Origin: Candidatus Sericytochromatia bacterium
GTDB taxonomy: Bacteria; Cyanobacteriota; Sericytochromatia; S15B-MN24; VGJW01
Length of the DNA: 64,000 nucleotides
Direction of reading: 5' to 3'
NCBI GenBank assembly: GCA_035285865.1
Contig: JAYKHS010000028.1
Location: 44,044-108,043 of the forward strand
Below, in pieces: positions 45,171-55,444 of this stretch. A model generated the notes under the pieces. It was not told the DNA's origin. It searched no databases and was given only the letters and a program-made list of their open reading frames with translations. The number at the start of each line of letters is the position of its first letter. The stretch's first letter is position 1. A program made the translations under genes and the position numbers.

Positions 45171-48010
45171 GGCCGCCTGTCCCCTGGCTGGTGCTTGCGG
45201 GGCTGCTGAGCGCGTTGGTGGCACCCGTCGCCCGGGCAGCCAATCGTCCGGTTGTCGGACTGCCGAACGGGGGGATTTCGCGCGTGAGGCATGAGGCCAC
45301 CGAGGGAATTTCAGTCGCGCGCCTGCCCAGTGGCCTGACGCTCGTCCACAAGCGGATGCCCTCCCGGGACCTTGTCGCCGTGAGTGCGTGGGTGCATGTG
45401 GGCAGTCGTCATGAGGATCCGGTCCAGGCCGGAATCAGCCATGACCTCGAACATCTGCTCTCTCGAGGCACGAAGAAGCGGCGCGAGCTCGAGGACCGTC
45501 TCGAGATCTTTTCGATGGGCGGTCTCCACGGCGCAGATACCTTCTATGACCGCACCACCTACCACGCCGTGGTGCCGCAGGCCGGATTCCCGGCGGCCCT
45601 CGATGCGCTGGCGGACAGCCTGAGCAACCCCCTCTTTCCTGAAGAGGGGATCGCCAAGGAGCGCAAGGTGGTCGGCGAGGAAATCGCGCGTATGGTCGAC
45701 CGTCCCGAGACCGCATCCTGGCGAGCTTCCTGGGCACTTGCCTTTGGTCGTCATCCTTATGGTAGGCCCGTCATCGGCGAGCTGGCGAACCTGGAAGGGC
45801 TGGACCGGGAGGATTTCGTGTCCCATCACCGGCGCTGGTACCGACCCGCCAACATGGTGGTGGTCGTGGCCGGACCCTTGCCCTTTGCCGAGGTCGTGGC
45901 CGAGCTGGCCCGTCAGTTTCCCCCCGAAGAGGCTGCTCAGCCTGCCCTGCCGGCTGAGGCCACTCCTTCCTGGTCCTTCCGTGGCTTTCAGAGCCTTCGG
46001 CAGGTCCAGGATGTTCCCGAGCCATCTCTCGACGCGGTCGTGGTCGTGCCGGGGGTGCGCCATCCGGATCGCTGGGCGCTCGAGTTGCTGGCTGCCCTGA
46101 TGGGTGGGGATGGCGGTGCGACGCTATGGCAGGAGCTCGTGGTGGGAGATGGCAAGCCCGCGACGTCGGCATGGTCGGGCTTGCAGTTGCTGGAGCAGCA
46201 CGGGGTCCTCTGGTGCTCCGTTCGGCCGCGCGCGTCGGCCGAGGCCCCCCGCGCCGAGGCTGCCTTGTGGACGGCCATGGCCCGATATCGCGATACCCTG
46301 CCGGACCCGAAGGTCCTTGCGGGCTGGAAGGAGTCGCTCCGGCGAGCGCGGAGCATGGAGCGGGAGACGCCCTTGGGCCTCGCGCGCTGGCTGGGGGAGG
46401 CAGCTGTGCTCGGCAGCCTCGATTCGGGCCTCGAGGATGTACGCCGGTTGGATGCCGTGACCCCCGAGGACATCCGCCGCGTAGCCCGCAGATACTTGCG
46501 TCGGGACAACCTGACGCTCGTGCTGACGATGCCGGCTGCCCGTGCCGGCGATGCCGGCGAGGATCCGGCGGCGACTGCAGCCGCGGCCCGGCAGCTGGCC
46601 TTGCTCGAGCCGTCCGATGATGCTGAGGGGGCTGCGACGATCTGGGCCGAGACGGCACCGTGGACGGCTGCCAGGGAGCGGAAAGCCGAGACGACGTCCG
46701 CGTCTGTTCTCGCTGCGCCGGAAGTCCGGCGGCATGTCCTCGCCAATGGTCTGGTCGTTCTGCATGAGCGACGTCCGGGCGTCGAGATGGCTGGGTTTTC
46801 TCTGCAGATCCGGGGGGGAGCGGCGGATGACGCACCCGAGGAAGCAGGTGCCTCGGCCCTGCTGGGCGAGGTCTTGCAAGAGGGGACTGTCCGTCTGGAT
46901 CAGGCAGCATTGGCCGCTGCCTGGCGACGTCTCGGCAATGCGTGGAGCATCGGGGCGGACCGCGAGTCATTGGCCGTCGGCGCATCCGTACTTGGCGAGG
47001 ATCTGCCCGAGGCACTGGGTCTGGCGCTCGAGGTGGTGACGACGCCGCGACTTGAGCCGGCTGGCCTCGCCCGGGCCAAGGATCGTCTGCGCGACCGTAT
47101 GGATCGCGAGCGGGAAGACCCGGCAATCCGTGCGGGAAGGGCCCTGATCGAGGTCGTCTGGGGGGACGGACCCTACGGCCTGCCCGTGTCCGGAACGCCC
47201 GAGGCCCTCGCCGCTGCCACCCCGGAGCGTTTGCGGGCGTTGCTTGCGCAGCGCGCCATCCCCACGGGGTGCGTGCTCTCTATCGTGGATGGGCGTTCGT
47301 GGGCAGAGTTGGCGCCCTTGTTGGCAAAGCACGCCGCGTGGACTCCCGCTCGGGATGGCGTCTCCGCGGCCGATGCAGCCCCCGTCCCGCCCCGGGTGCC
47401 CGTGGCACCGCTGGCGCCGGCATTGGTCAAGCGCCGTACGTTGCATGTGCCCCTCGATCGGCAGCAGGTCCATGTGGCCGTCGGTTTTCCCTTGCCTGCA
47501 GCCGGGCATCCCGATGCGCTCGCGCTACGGGTGCTGGTCGGTGGCCTCGCGTTCGACGGGTTCGTGGATCTGGTCTATCGGAAGCCTCTGGCCTACAGCA
47601 CCGGAGGGGGCGCCACCCTGCTCGGGCGGGCGGGACTGGCCCAGTTGACGTTGGCGACCCGTGCAGACGGAGTGGACGAGGCTGTTCGGGAGTTGGTGAC
47701 ACGCTGGCAGCGCGCGGCGCGCGAGGGGCTGTCTCCGGAATCCTTCCGCAGGGCCAGGGTCCGCCTTGAAGGTGGCCTCGCGCTCAGGGACCAGCAGGCC
47801 GGCCAGGCAGCCGCCGCCCGGGCCACCTGGTATCGGCAGGGCCTCGGGGAAGACGAGCTTGCGGCGACGCGTGCAGAGTTGGCTCGGGTCGACGAGGCGA
47901 CGGTGCGTCGTGTCGCCAGGACCTGGCTCGTTCCCGGTCGGATGGTCGTGGCCGTTGCCGGACCCGTTGCCCCTCGGGGCAGCAAGGGTCCGAAAGCCGC
48001 GCACCCCTAG
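45167..48010 (+). CDS. M16-family zinc metallopeptidase (two tandem M16 units, secreted)
   Basis: Signal peptide. Inverted zinc-binding motif HxxEH (GISHDLEHLL). 947 aa, consistent with a fused active plus inactive M16 pair. GTG start overlaps the dcd stop. Confidence 0.8.
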   Translation: MRPPVPWLVLAGLLSALVAPVARAANRPVVGLPNGGISRVRHEATEGISVARLPSGLTLVHKRMPSRDLVAVSAWVHVGSRHEDPVQAGISHDLEHLLSRGTKKRRELEDRLEIFSMGGLHGADTFYDRTTYHAVVPQAGFPAALDALADSLSNPLFPEEGIAKERKVVGEEIARMVDRPETASWRASWALAFGRHPYGRPVIGELANLEGLDREDFVSHHRRWYRPANMVVVVAGPLPFAEVVAELARQFPPEEAAQPALPAEATPSWSFRGFQSLRQVQDVPEPSLDAVVVVPGVRHPDRWALELLAALMGGDGGATLWQELVVGDGKPATSAWSGLQLLEQHGVLWCSVRPRASAEAPRAEAALWTAMARYRDTLPDPKVLAGWKESLRRARSMERETPLGLARWLGEAAVLGSLDSGLEDVRRLDAVTPEDIRRVARRYLRRDNLTLVLTMPAARAGDAGEDPAATAAAARQLALLEPSDDAEGAATIWAETAPWTAARERKAETTSASVLAAPEVRRHVLANGLVVLHERRPGVEMAGFSLQIRGGAADDAPEEAGASALLGEVLQEGTVRLDQAALAAAWRRLGNAWSIGADRESLAVGASVLGEDLPEALGLALEVVTTPRLEPAGLARAKDRLRDRMDREREDPAIRAGRALIEVVWGDGPYGLPVSGTPEALAAATPERLRALLAQRAIPTGCVLSIVDGRSWAELAPLLAKHAAWTPARDGVSAADAAPVPPRVPVAPLAPALVKRRTLHVPLDRQQVHVAVGFPLPAAGHPDALALRVLVGGLAFDGFVDLVYRKPLAYSTGGGATLLGRAGLAQLTLATRADGVDEAVRELVTRWQRAAREGLSPESFRRARVRLEGGLALRDQQAGQAAAARATWYRQGLGEDELAATRAELARVDEATVRRVARTWLVPGRMVVAVAGPVAPRGSKGPKAAHP

Positions 48011-49080
48011 TCCAGGGCAACCGCTGCCACGGGTGGGCCGGGCAGGGTGTCGACCCAGCGTGCGGCGAGCAGGGTCGAACCGCTCCAAGTCAGGGCGAAG
48101 ACCTGGTTCGGTCCTTCGTGGGCGACATGTAGGCCTCGGGCATCTGCCACGAGGCTGCGTGCCCCGTTCGCGCCGCTGGCATAGGATTGGCTTCGGCCAT
48201 CGGTTTCGATGAGCACGATTCGGCCGGCGTCCGGAAAGCTGACGGCAGCCTTCCCGTCCGGTGCCACGGCGAGGTCCGCGGGTTGTCCCCCGCCCGTGAC
48301 GGTGCCGATGCTGACGAGGGTGGCGCTGTCGCCACGAGCCGAGGCCAGTCGGACCAGTGCCGCCCGACCGGTGTCGAGCAGCACGATGCCCCCGTTGCTG
48401 TCCGGTACGGCCCGCACGGGGCGGATGCTCCCCGTCACGGGCACCGGTGCCGCTTGCAGGGCTCCGTCCCGAACGATTTCGAGCCGTCCGTCCTCCGCAA
48501 CGATCCATGATTCGTCTTGTGCCTGACGGGGACAGGCAAGCACGACAGGGCGCGCACCCGAGGGCGACAGGGCCACCCTCTGGATCCGTCCGCTGCGGAG
48601 ATCGACCAAGGCCACGGCGCGCTCGTCGGGCAGCAGGACGTGGGCGGTAAGGCCGGAGGTGCCGATGGCGACGTCCGAGGGGCTGCCCCCGACCCCCACG
48701 GTGCGGGTCACCCGAAGCGTGCCGGCGTCCACGATGGCGACCGAACGAGCTTCGGGCTGGATGGCCACGACCTGGCGCATCACGGGGCTCCACGCCATGC
48801 GGGTGGCACCTGCCTCGAGCCAGACCTGGCCCAGCGTGCTGCGCAGGCCCTCTCGGTCCAGTTCGAAGATGCGGCGCTGCGCGGGGACCGAGACCCAGAG
48901 TCGTGCGGGCTGGGCCAGAAGATAGATAGGATTGCGGCATCCTGCCGTCAGCAGGATGAGCACGGCCAGCACGGACAGCGTGACGTGGCGCACGGCCCGA
49001 GTGGTCGGCGAGGGACGGGAGACGAGATGGGACAAGGCTTTTCCTGCTTGACGGCCAGTGGGGTTATTTGTTAAATCCAT
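48007..49080 (-). CDS. lipoprotein with YVTN-type beta-propeller-like repeats. Start uncertain.
   Basis: Lipobox LILLTAGC. Repeated ...V..D..G..V.V... units. An alternative GTG start at about 49002 gives a shorter signal peptide. Confidence 0.5.
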   Translation of the reverse strand: MDLTNNPTGRQAGKALSHLVSRPSPTTRAVRHVTLSVLAVLILLTAGCRNPIYLLAQPARLWVSVPAQRRIFELDREGLRSTLGQVWLEAGATRMAWSPVMRQVVAIQPEARSVAIVDAGTLRVTRTVGVGGSPSDVAIGTSGLTAHVLLPDERAVALVDLRSGRIQRVALSPSGARPVVLACPRQAQDESWIVAEDGRLEIVRDGALQAAPVPVTGSIRPVRAVPDSNGGIVLLDTGRAALVRLASARGDSATLVSIGTVTGGGQPADLAVAPDGKAAVSFPDAGRIVLIETDGRSQSYASGANGARSLVADARGLHVAHEGPNQVFALTWSGSTLLAARWVDTLPGPPVAAVALD

Positions 49081-49125
49081 GTTTAGGGTCCATCGAGACC
49101 CTTTCACATACAGTCGAGGTAACCC

Positions 49126-49500
49126 ATGATTCGCTCCATCTCCGTGGCCATCGCCACGTTGTCGTTCGTTCTTGCCGGTTGCGGCAGCACCATGCCGGCC
49201 CAGGCCCCGGTTTCCAACAACACCAAGGTCACGGCCAACACGATGTTCCAGCCCCAGATCGGCACCGGTGAGATCCTGGTCAAGTTCGCTCCCCGGGTGT
49301 CCGTGGCTGCCGTCCAGCAGTTCCAGGTCACCCATCGTCTGCGCAGCCGTCGCGTCATCGAGGGCATCGGCGTCCACGTCTTCGAGATCGTGGATGGTTC
49401 CGGCATGATGGCCAAGCTCGACGAGATTCGTCGTTCTTCGCTGGTCTCCTACGCCGAGCCCAACCAGCAGGTCCGGGTTCAGCCGATCCTCGGCCAATAA
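49126..49500 (+). CDS. small lipoprotein with peptidase-inhibitor-I9 / subtilisin-propeptide-like fold (putative)
   Basis: Lipobox FVLAGCG. ILVKFAPRVSVAAVQQFQVTHRLRSRRVIEGIGVHVFEIVDG ... VSYAEPNQQV resembles the I9 propeptide pattern. Confidence 0.45.
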   Translation: MIRSISVAIATLSFVLAGCGSTMPAQAPVSNNTKVTANTMFQPQIGTGEILVKFAPRVSVAAVQQFQVTHRLRSRRVIEGIGVHVFEIVDGSGMMAKLDEIRRSSLVSYAEPNQQVRVQPILGQ

Positions 49501-50002
49501 CGCCGAAGCCGCCGTTTCGAGGGGTTCGACCGCAAGGCCGGACCCCTCTCTTCTCGGGGCCTCAGGCGATGCGGTCGACGCCGGCGAGGTGCTGTCGGCG
49601 GGAGAGGTCCGCGACCATGCCCTGGACTCGGGCGTGGGTCAGGGCCGCGACGACGGGTCCTTCGCTGGCGGGCACGTGCTCGAGCGTGGCCAAGGCGATG
49701 CTGCGCAGGTGCTCCATCGTGTGGGGGTCGCGGCCCAGCCGCTGGAGGATGGCCTGAAAGATGCGCTCGGCGCGAACCTGAACTTTCTGGGGTGTTTCCA
49801 GGGGACCGGGGCCTTCCGCGACCTGCGCGGCGCGTGGAGCAACGGAGTTCCGCGGCTTGTCTGCCCACGGACGCACCCCGTCACCGGACATCGTCACGGA
49901 AGTCATGCGCACGACCTGTCACTCCCTGATTCAGGGACCCGGGCCATCCTGGCTCGGATCGCAACGGTCGATCCGGGGTCCCGGGAAAATTATCGGCCGG
50001 GC

Positions 50003-50509
50003 TCAGAAGTTCTTGAGCGTCAGCACCCTTACCGGATGGTTGCCGCGCTTGCCCGTGCCACCGATAAGGTACTGGCCTTCAGTCGAGGTGTTGCTGTAGG
50101 CAATGGCGCCGTAACTTGCGGTCGACACCGGGTCGAGCCGATTGCCCAGTTCGTTCGCGTAGACGTGGTCATTGGGGGTGTCGTCGCAAGCCAAGGACGT
50201 GTTGACCGCCTGCTGCGTTCCCCAAGGGGTGGGCGGGTAGGTGTCGTTCGGCAGGTAGTCTTCGCTGCCCCCGATGAAAGCGTGTCCGTCGACCGAGGTC
50301 CGGAGCGTGGCCGGGTAGTGGTTGTTGATGTCCGAGCCCCAGACCTCAATGGCCTGTTGCACGATCCGGAGGTTGTTCTGGACATTCGCGTTCCGCGACT
50401 TGTCCTGGGCCCCTGCGTAGTTGGGGATGGCTACTGCTGCAAGGATTCCGATGATGACCACGACGACCAGCAGTTCGATCATCGTGAAGCCCCGAGGGGG
50501 GGCGTGCAT
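50003..50509 (-). CDS. type IV pilin / pseudopilin (prepilin-type N-terminal methylation domain)
   Basis: Class III signal: G-FTMIELLVVVVIIGILAAVAIPNY. Confidence 0.8.
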   Translation of the reverse strand: MHAPPRGFTMIELLVVVVIIGILAAVAIPNYAGAQDKSRNANVQNNLRIVQQAIEVWGSDINNHYPATLRTSVDGHAFIGGSEDYLPNDTYPPTPWGTQQAVNTSLACDDTPNDHVYANELGNRLDPVSTASYGAIAYSNTSTEGQYLIGGTGKRGNHPVRVLTLKNF

Positions 50510-50575
50510 GAATCTGCGAGACACGGGGTTGTTGTTCCCCGTGCCTCGCGACACTAACCTGCAACCCCGGGCAGA

Positions 50576-51694
50576 TCAGGAGCCGGCAGCCACTCCGCCG
50601 TAGGGAACTTCCACGATCTGGGCCTTGGGGCCTTCCACGCCTTTGAAGCCATCGTCGGCCACTACCGGGGCGGGCGGCGCTGGTGCCGGTCCCGGTTCCG
50701 GCGCGGGGACGGGAGAGGGTACGGGAGCGGGTGCCGGAGCCGGCTTCTTCTCCTCTTCCTCTTCTTTCTTCGTCGTCACGATGACTGGAGCGGGGAAGAC
50801 GGGAGCGGGAGCCGGCGACTGCGGGGCCGGCTGGTTGACGACGGGACCGGGTTCGGCCTGCGTGGGCTTCTTGCGGACTGTATTCCAGAGATCCCCGAAG
50901 GCCTTGGCCAGTTCGGCGAGCGCGGTAAGGCCGTTTGCCACGTCCTGAATACCGGTTCCCTTCCCACCATTGCCTTGAGCCTTTCCATTGCCCTGCGCCT
51001 GGCCAGAGCCCTGGGTCTCGCCGCTGTTCTGCGCGGGAGCCGAACCGCCGGATGCCGGTGCCGGGCTCGACGGGGCCGCCGGCTGGTTCTGTTGCTGGGC
51101 TGGCGGCTTGCCGCCGGCCACGACCTTGGGCATGAAGATCTCGACCTTGGCCGAACGATCCGTCTGATCGTTGTTGTCAAGCGGCTTGCCGGGGTTGCTG
51201 GGCGTACCGGCCCCCTTGCTCTTGATGGCGCTCGCAGGAACATCGATGCCCTGCTTGGCGAGGAATGCCTTCACGTGCGCCGCCGTCTCGGTGGCGCGAC
51301 GGGCAGACAGACCCTGGTTGTCGTAGCTGCTCTTGGTCCCTGCGTTGGAGGCGTAGCCCGTGACGTCGATGCGGAATCCGGGGTCGGCCAGCAGGGTCTT
51401 CTGTTGTTCGGGCGACATCATCTTGAAGTCCGCCGAGAACTGGTTGAGCATCTTGTCCAGATCCTGCGTGCCGCCCCGCGGATCGGACTTGCCGGTCTGG
51501 AAGAGAGCTTGGCCGCTGTAGGCCGGACGACTACCCGACACCGCGCTGGAAGAGATCGACGAGACGTCGCCTACGGCCTGGCTCCGGGGCGCGTTTGCAG
51601 GCGCACCCTGCGACGCCGGCGGGGCCGAGACCGTCGTGCGCCCCGTCTGGGACGACAGCGGCTGGGTGGACTTGCCCGTGACGTTGTTCAACAT
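50576..51694 (-). CDS. OmpA-like peptidoglycan-binding domain protein with Pro/Ala/Gln-rich low-complexity regions
   Basis: OmpA-like core (DVTGYASNAGTKSSYDNQGLSARRATETAAHVKAFLAKQG...AKVEIF). Flanking PAPAP and QGNGKAQGNG repeats. Confidence 0.55.
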   Translation of the reverse strand: MLNNVTGKSTQPLSSQTGRTTVSAPPASQGAPANAPRSQAVGDVSSISSSAVSGSRPAYSGQALFQTGKSDPRGGTQDLDKMLNQFSADFKMMSPEQQKTLLADPGFRIDVTGYASNAGTKSSYDNQGLSARRATETAAHVKAFLAKQGIDVPASAIKSKGAGTPSNPGKPLDNNDQTDRSAKVEIFMPKVVAGGKPPAQQQNQPAAPSSPAPASGGSAPAQNSGETQGSGQAQGNGKAQGNGGKGTGIQDVANGLTALAELAKAFGDLWNTVRKKPTQAEPGPVVNQPAPQSPAPAPVFPAPVIVTTKKEEEEEKKPAPAPAPVPSPVPAPEPGPAPAPPAPVVADDGFKGVEGPKAQIVEVPYGGVAAGS

Positions 51695-51767
51695 GGCCCG
51701 CGACTCCTTCCGTACCTGACGGTTTATGCCTGTCTCGCCGGAGAGGACTGCGGAAGTTACAGGGATT

Positions 51768-53084
51768 TCACGAAGATTTGACGCTCGGTCCGCGTGGCAT
51801 GCCGGTGAGCAGGAGCCAGCCCAGCAGCAGCATGATGCCCTGGCTACCGAGCGCAAGCCTGAAGCGGTCTTCACCAAGTCCTTGTCCCAGCGTGACGGTC
51901 ACGCCCCATACCAAGGGGCCGACGACGGCCGCAGCGCGGCCCACGAGGGCCCAGATGCCGAAGACCGTGCCGTGCGTCTCAGGTGGGGCCAACTGGCTCA
52001 GATAGGGGCGGACGATGGTGCCCGTCCCCCCCATGCACCAGCCGATGGCCGGACCCACCACCCAGCGGAAGAGGTCGGCGTCCCGGATGCCCACGGCAAG
52101 GGCCAAGGCCACCGCCCATGAGCCGAGACAGAGGTGCAGCGCCCTGCCGGGCCCCCATGCGTCGGTCATTCTGCCCCACGCGAAGGCCCCGCCAATGGCG
52201 ACGATCGTGCTTGTCGCCAACAACAGTTCCACATCGCTTCCCGCCTTGAGGCCGATGGCCCGCGTGGCGTAAGTGGCCATGAACAAGATGACGGTGTTGA
52301 CGGCATCCATGAAAAGCAGGTTCGCCAGCATGAAGCGCCCCAGGCCCGGATGTCGGGTTGGCGACAGGGTATCCCGAATCATGCGGAAGGTTTCCCGAAG
52401 GCCTTCCGGGGCAGGTTCACGGACGGGTGCCCGGTCAGGCAGGAGCAGGAATGCCGGTATGGCGAAGAGCAGGTAAAGCAAGGCCGATGGCACGAAGGCT
52501 GCCTCGGGACCACCGCTTCCCCATGGCATGCTCCAGGGGCCCAGTCTTCCGCTGACGAAGGAACCGACCACGGCAAGGCCCAGCAGCGTGCCCATGAACC
52601 CCACACCGATCCCGGCAGCCGACCATCGGCCGCGATCGGCAGGAGCCGCAAGGTCCGGAAGAAGCCCGTGGTAGACGGACTGGGACAGCTGGAACCCGAT
52701 GATCGAGACGCCGAGGAGCGTTGCCGCGACCCAGGTTCCGGCCTGATGGCCCGCCCAGGGGACCAGAATCGTGACGCCGATGCACAGCAGGGCCCACCCT
52801 CGCAACAGCACCATGCGCCGGCCGGTGCGGTCCGACCAGGCGCCCTGCAGGGGGGCGATGACAGCCACCACCACCATGGCCATCGTGACGGTCCAGGCCC
52901 AGAGGCTGTCCGAGGCGCCCAGCACGTCTTGCAGGAACAACTGCCCGTGGATGGACAGCACATCGATGCTCCAGATGATGTACGCGAAGTCGTACAACAC
53001 CCAGGCCCTCAGGGCCTTCACGTCGCTTTCGGCAGGGCCGGACGTCACGGTGCCCGGGAGGCCGCTCAGCCCGGCTTCTTCCAC
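51768..53084 (-). CDS. MFS transporter
   Basis: 12 predicted TM segments. MFS loop motif (SDRTGRRMVLL). Confidence 0.8.
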   Translation of the reverse strand: MEEAGLSGLPGTVTSGPAESDVKALRAWVLYDFAYIIWSIDVLSIHGQLFLQDVLGASDSLWAWTVTMAMVVVAVIAPLQGAWSDRTGRRMVLLRGWALLCIGVTILVPWAGHQAGTWVAATLLGVSIIGFQLSQSVYHGLLPDLAAPADRGRWSAAGIGVGFMGTLLGLAVVGSFVSGRLGPWSMPWGSGGPEAAFVPSALLYLLFAIPAFLLLPDRAPVREPAPEGLRETFRMIRDTLSPTRHPGLGRFMLANLLFMDAVNTVILFMATYATRAIGLKAGSDVELLLATSTIVAIGGAFAWGRMTDAWGPGRALHLCLGSWAVALALAVGIRDADLFRWVVGPAIGWCMGGTGTIVRPYLSQLAPPETHGTVFGIWALVGRAAAVVGPLVWGVTVTLGQGLGEDRFRLALGSQGIMLLLGWLLLTGMPRGPSVKSS

Positions 53085-53650
53085 GTGCCCCCCGATTCGA
53101 TCCGACGGCGGACATTGCGTGCGATGTCACGAGTACCTTGCTGTTGCAGGCCCGAGATGACCCAGCCCGGGATCAGGTTGCCTGTCGTGTCGACCCCCAA
53201 GGCATATTCCAAACAGGCGCCTTCGCCGAGAGGATGCATCTGCCAGCGTCCTTCGAGCCGGCGGAAAGGCGTCCGGACCTGGACCCAGCGAATGGTGCGC
53301 GTGGCAGGAACACCCCAGCGCCGAATCGTCAGGTCCGGCGCGAAGGGAACCTGGCTGACCATCCGCAACACGGTGCCGTCCGGTTGCTCGCCAAGAACCC
53401 GCACCGAGTGCAAGCTGGGCATGAAGTCGGCCAACTTGGCCGGATCCGCAAGGATCTTGAAGCACTCATCCGGGGAAGCCTTGGCCCAGAAGCGGAGGAC
53501 CGATCCCCTGAGGCCGTCGGCGTGTTCGAAGTTCCGGGTGAGGACCTGACCTGACTGCAACCGGGCGGCGTCCGCCTCACTGGGTACGGCGATCGTTTCG
53601 GGCAGCCCCGATTCGCCGCTCTCGGCCCAAGCGGGCTGTTGCAGCAGCAC
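53066..53650 (-). CDS. SRPBCC (START/Bet v1-like, polyketide-cyclase-like) domain protein. Start unresolved.
   Basis: C-terminal about 150 aa have an SRPBCC-like pattern. No ATG/GTG is available downstream of the motB stop, so the start may be a rare codon. The ORF track's upstream extension overlaps motB out of frame and was excluded. Confidence 0.4.
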   Translation of the reverse strand: MLLQQPAWAESGESGLPETIAVPSEADAARLQSGQVLTRNFEHADGLRGSVLRFWAKASPDECFKILADPAKLADFMPSLHSVRVLGEQPDGTVLRMVSQVPFAPDLTIRRWGVPATRTIRWVQVRTPFRRLEGRWQMHPLGEGACLEYALGVDTTGNLIPGWVISGLQQQGTRDIARNVRRRIESGGTWKKPG

Positions 53651-53705
53651 GGACAACAGGAGCGCCGTGAGCAGCTGGCCCGGATTGGAGAAGAAGTTGC
53701 CCGCC

Positions 53706-54542
53706 TTAGAAGTTGTTGCCGAAAGGATTGCTGATACCACCGTTGTTGAAGGGATTCTGGAAGTTGCCCGGAGTCGGATAGCTGTATCCCGGGGCCACCA
53801 GCTGGTCGGAGGGTGTCGGGCTGGGCGTGAGTGCTGCCTTGGGGGCATCGGCGGACACGACGAGGTCCACACGCCTGTTGAGGGCGCGGTGCTGGGCCGT
53901 ATCGTTCGGGAAAAGCGGGCGGAACTCCGCATAGCTCGTGGCCGAGAGGCGCTTGGGCGCAATCTTGCCTTCGCGAACGAGAAACTCCACGACCTTGATG
54001 GAACGATCGCCTGCAAGTCGCCAATTGGTGCCCGCTGCCCCGCCCGGCGAGATATTGTCGGTGTGTCCCTCGACGCTGATGGCATTGGGCATCTTCTGCA
54101 GGGCCTGGGCCGCCTTGCGCAGGGCTTGCTTGAGCGCCGGCTTCAGGTCCGTGGAATTTGCATCGAAGAAGGCCGTGTCGTACAGGCTGATGACGAGACC
54201 CCGATCCTGAAGGTCGACGCGAACCTGGGAGCGTCCGTCGAACTTCGCGATGGCCTGCTTGACCCGTGCCTGCGCCTCCTGGATCTGGTCCGTCTTCACG
54301 GTGGCCGGGGTGTTCGCGAAGATGTCCTGGCCTTCCTTCTTCTTGATGCTCGAGGCCTGCTTCATGGACTGGGTGATCTTGGCGAAGTTCTCCACCGAGA
54401 TACGGCTCGACATCGCGTACATGACGACGAAGAAGACCATCAGGAGGGTGATGAAGTCCGCGTAGGTAATGAGCCACCGTTCGCGGTCGTTATGCTGCTC
54501 TTCTTCCCCTTCGCGCTGAAGGCGCCAGTCCTTGGCCCTCAT
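53706..54542 (-). CDS. motB: MotB-family stator protein with OmpA-like C-terminal domain
   Basis: N-terminal plug/TM (WLITYADFITLLMVFFVVMYA). C-terminal OmpA-like PG-binding domain (ISVEGHTDN...RRVDLVV). Confidence 0.8.
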   Translation of the reverse strand: MRAKDWRLQREGEEEQHNDRERWLITYADFITLLMVFFVVMYAMSSRISVENFAKITQSMKQASSIKKKEGQDIFANTPATVKTDQIQEAQARVKQAIAKFDGRSQVRVDLQDRGLVISLYDTAFFDANSTDLKPALKQALRKAAQALQKMPNAISVEGHTDNISPGGAAGTNWRLAGDRSIKVVEFLVREGKIAPKRLSATSYAEFRPLFPNDTAQHRALNRRVDLVVSADAPKAALTPSPTPSDQLVAPGYSYPTPGNFQNPFNNGGISNPFGNNF

Positions 54543-54545
54543 GCG

Positions 54546-55394
54546 TCAGCCCTCGTCGTACTGGGGCACGGCCATCTCGGGTTCTGCACCGCCGAGGCCC
54601 GCCGTGGGGCCTGCGTTGCGTCGGGTCTTTGCCGAGGCCCGGATCGTCTTGCGGGTGGACGGGGGCAGGCTGACCTGAAGGCGTTCGTTGATCAGCCTCG
54701 GGTTCGCACCCGCTTGCATGGCGAGGATGATCTCGACCATGACCCAGCGGATGCGCAGTTCCTCCTCCGAGTTCTTGCGCAGCTTGTTGGCCAGCGGCAG
54801 AAAGAACAGGTTGGCGGCACCGACACCATAGAGGGTGGCCACCATGGCCGTCGCGATTTCGGGGCCGAGTTGCTCCGGTTTGTCGAGGTTTCCGAGGACG
54901 GAGACCATGCTCAGGACCGTACCGAGGATGCCCAAGGTCGGACAGTAGGCCCCCAAGGACTCAAATACCGCAATGTTGGTACGGTGTCGGCCCCGTATCG
55001 CGAGCATCTCGGCCTCGAGCAGGTCCTGGATCTCCTGAGAGTCGAAGCCTTCCGTGATGTACTGCATCCCGCGCTTCAGGAACGGATCCTCGATGTTGCC
55101 GATGTCCTTCATCGTGCCCTGGATGCCGGCCGTGCGCAGACGGGTGGAGAGCTTCATGAGCTTGGCCACCACTTCGACCATCTCGATGCTGGCAGGTTTG
55201 AGCGCTTCCCAAGTCAGGCGCGGGATGGCCAGGACCCGATCGGCGGGAAAGGACATGAACGCCGCAGTTGCCGACCCGCCCAGCACGATGACGAAGGCAT
55301 GCCACGACCACAGGGCGGCGGCGCTGCCGCCTTGCAGGGCCAGGGCGCTGAGCAGGAAGAAGATGAGGGCCACGAGGCCGAACATGTTCCGCAT
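54546..55394 (-). CDS. motA: MotA/TolQ/ExbB-family proton channel (MotA-like)
   Basis: 282 aa. Four TM segments. Conserved C-terminal channel helices (GILGTVLSMVSVLGNL ... ATAMVATLYGVGAANLFFLPLANKL). Confidence 0.8.
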   Translation of the reverse strand: MRNMFGLVALIFFLLSALALQGGSAAALWSWHAFVIVLGGSATAAFMSFPADRVLAIPRLTWEALKPASIEMVEVVAKLMKLSTRLRTAGIQGTMKDIGNIEDPFLKRGMQYITEGFDSQEIQDLLEAEMLAIRGRHRTNIAVFESLGAYCPTLGILGTVLSMVSVLGNLDKPEQLGPEIATAMVATLYGVGAANLFFLPLANKLRKNSEEELRIRWVMVEIILAMQAGANPRLINERLQVSLPPSTRKTIRASAKTRRNAGPTAGLGGAEPEMAVPQYDEG

Positions 55395-55444
55395 CGCCGT
55401 TTCCTCGGTCGGTCAGGGCACCCTAGGATACCCGACCGTTGCCT

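Noticed and set aside
49562-49912. 116-aa minus-strand ORF downstream of the pilin gene
   Set aside because: No recognisable family. The N-terminal half is compositionally odd. It could be a small pilin-associated protein, but the evidence is insufficient.
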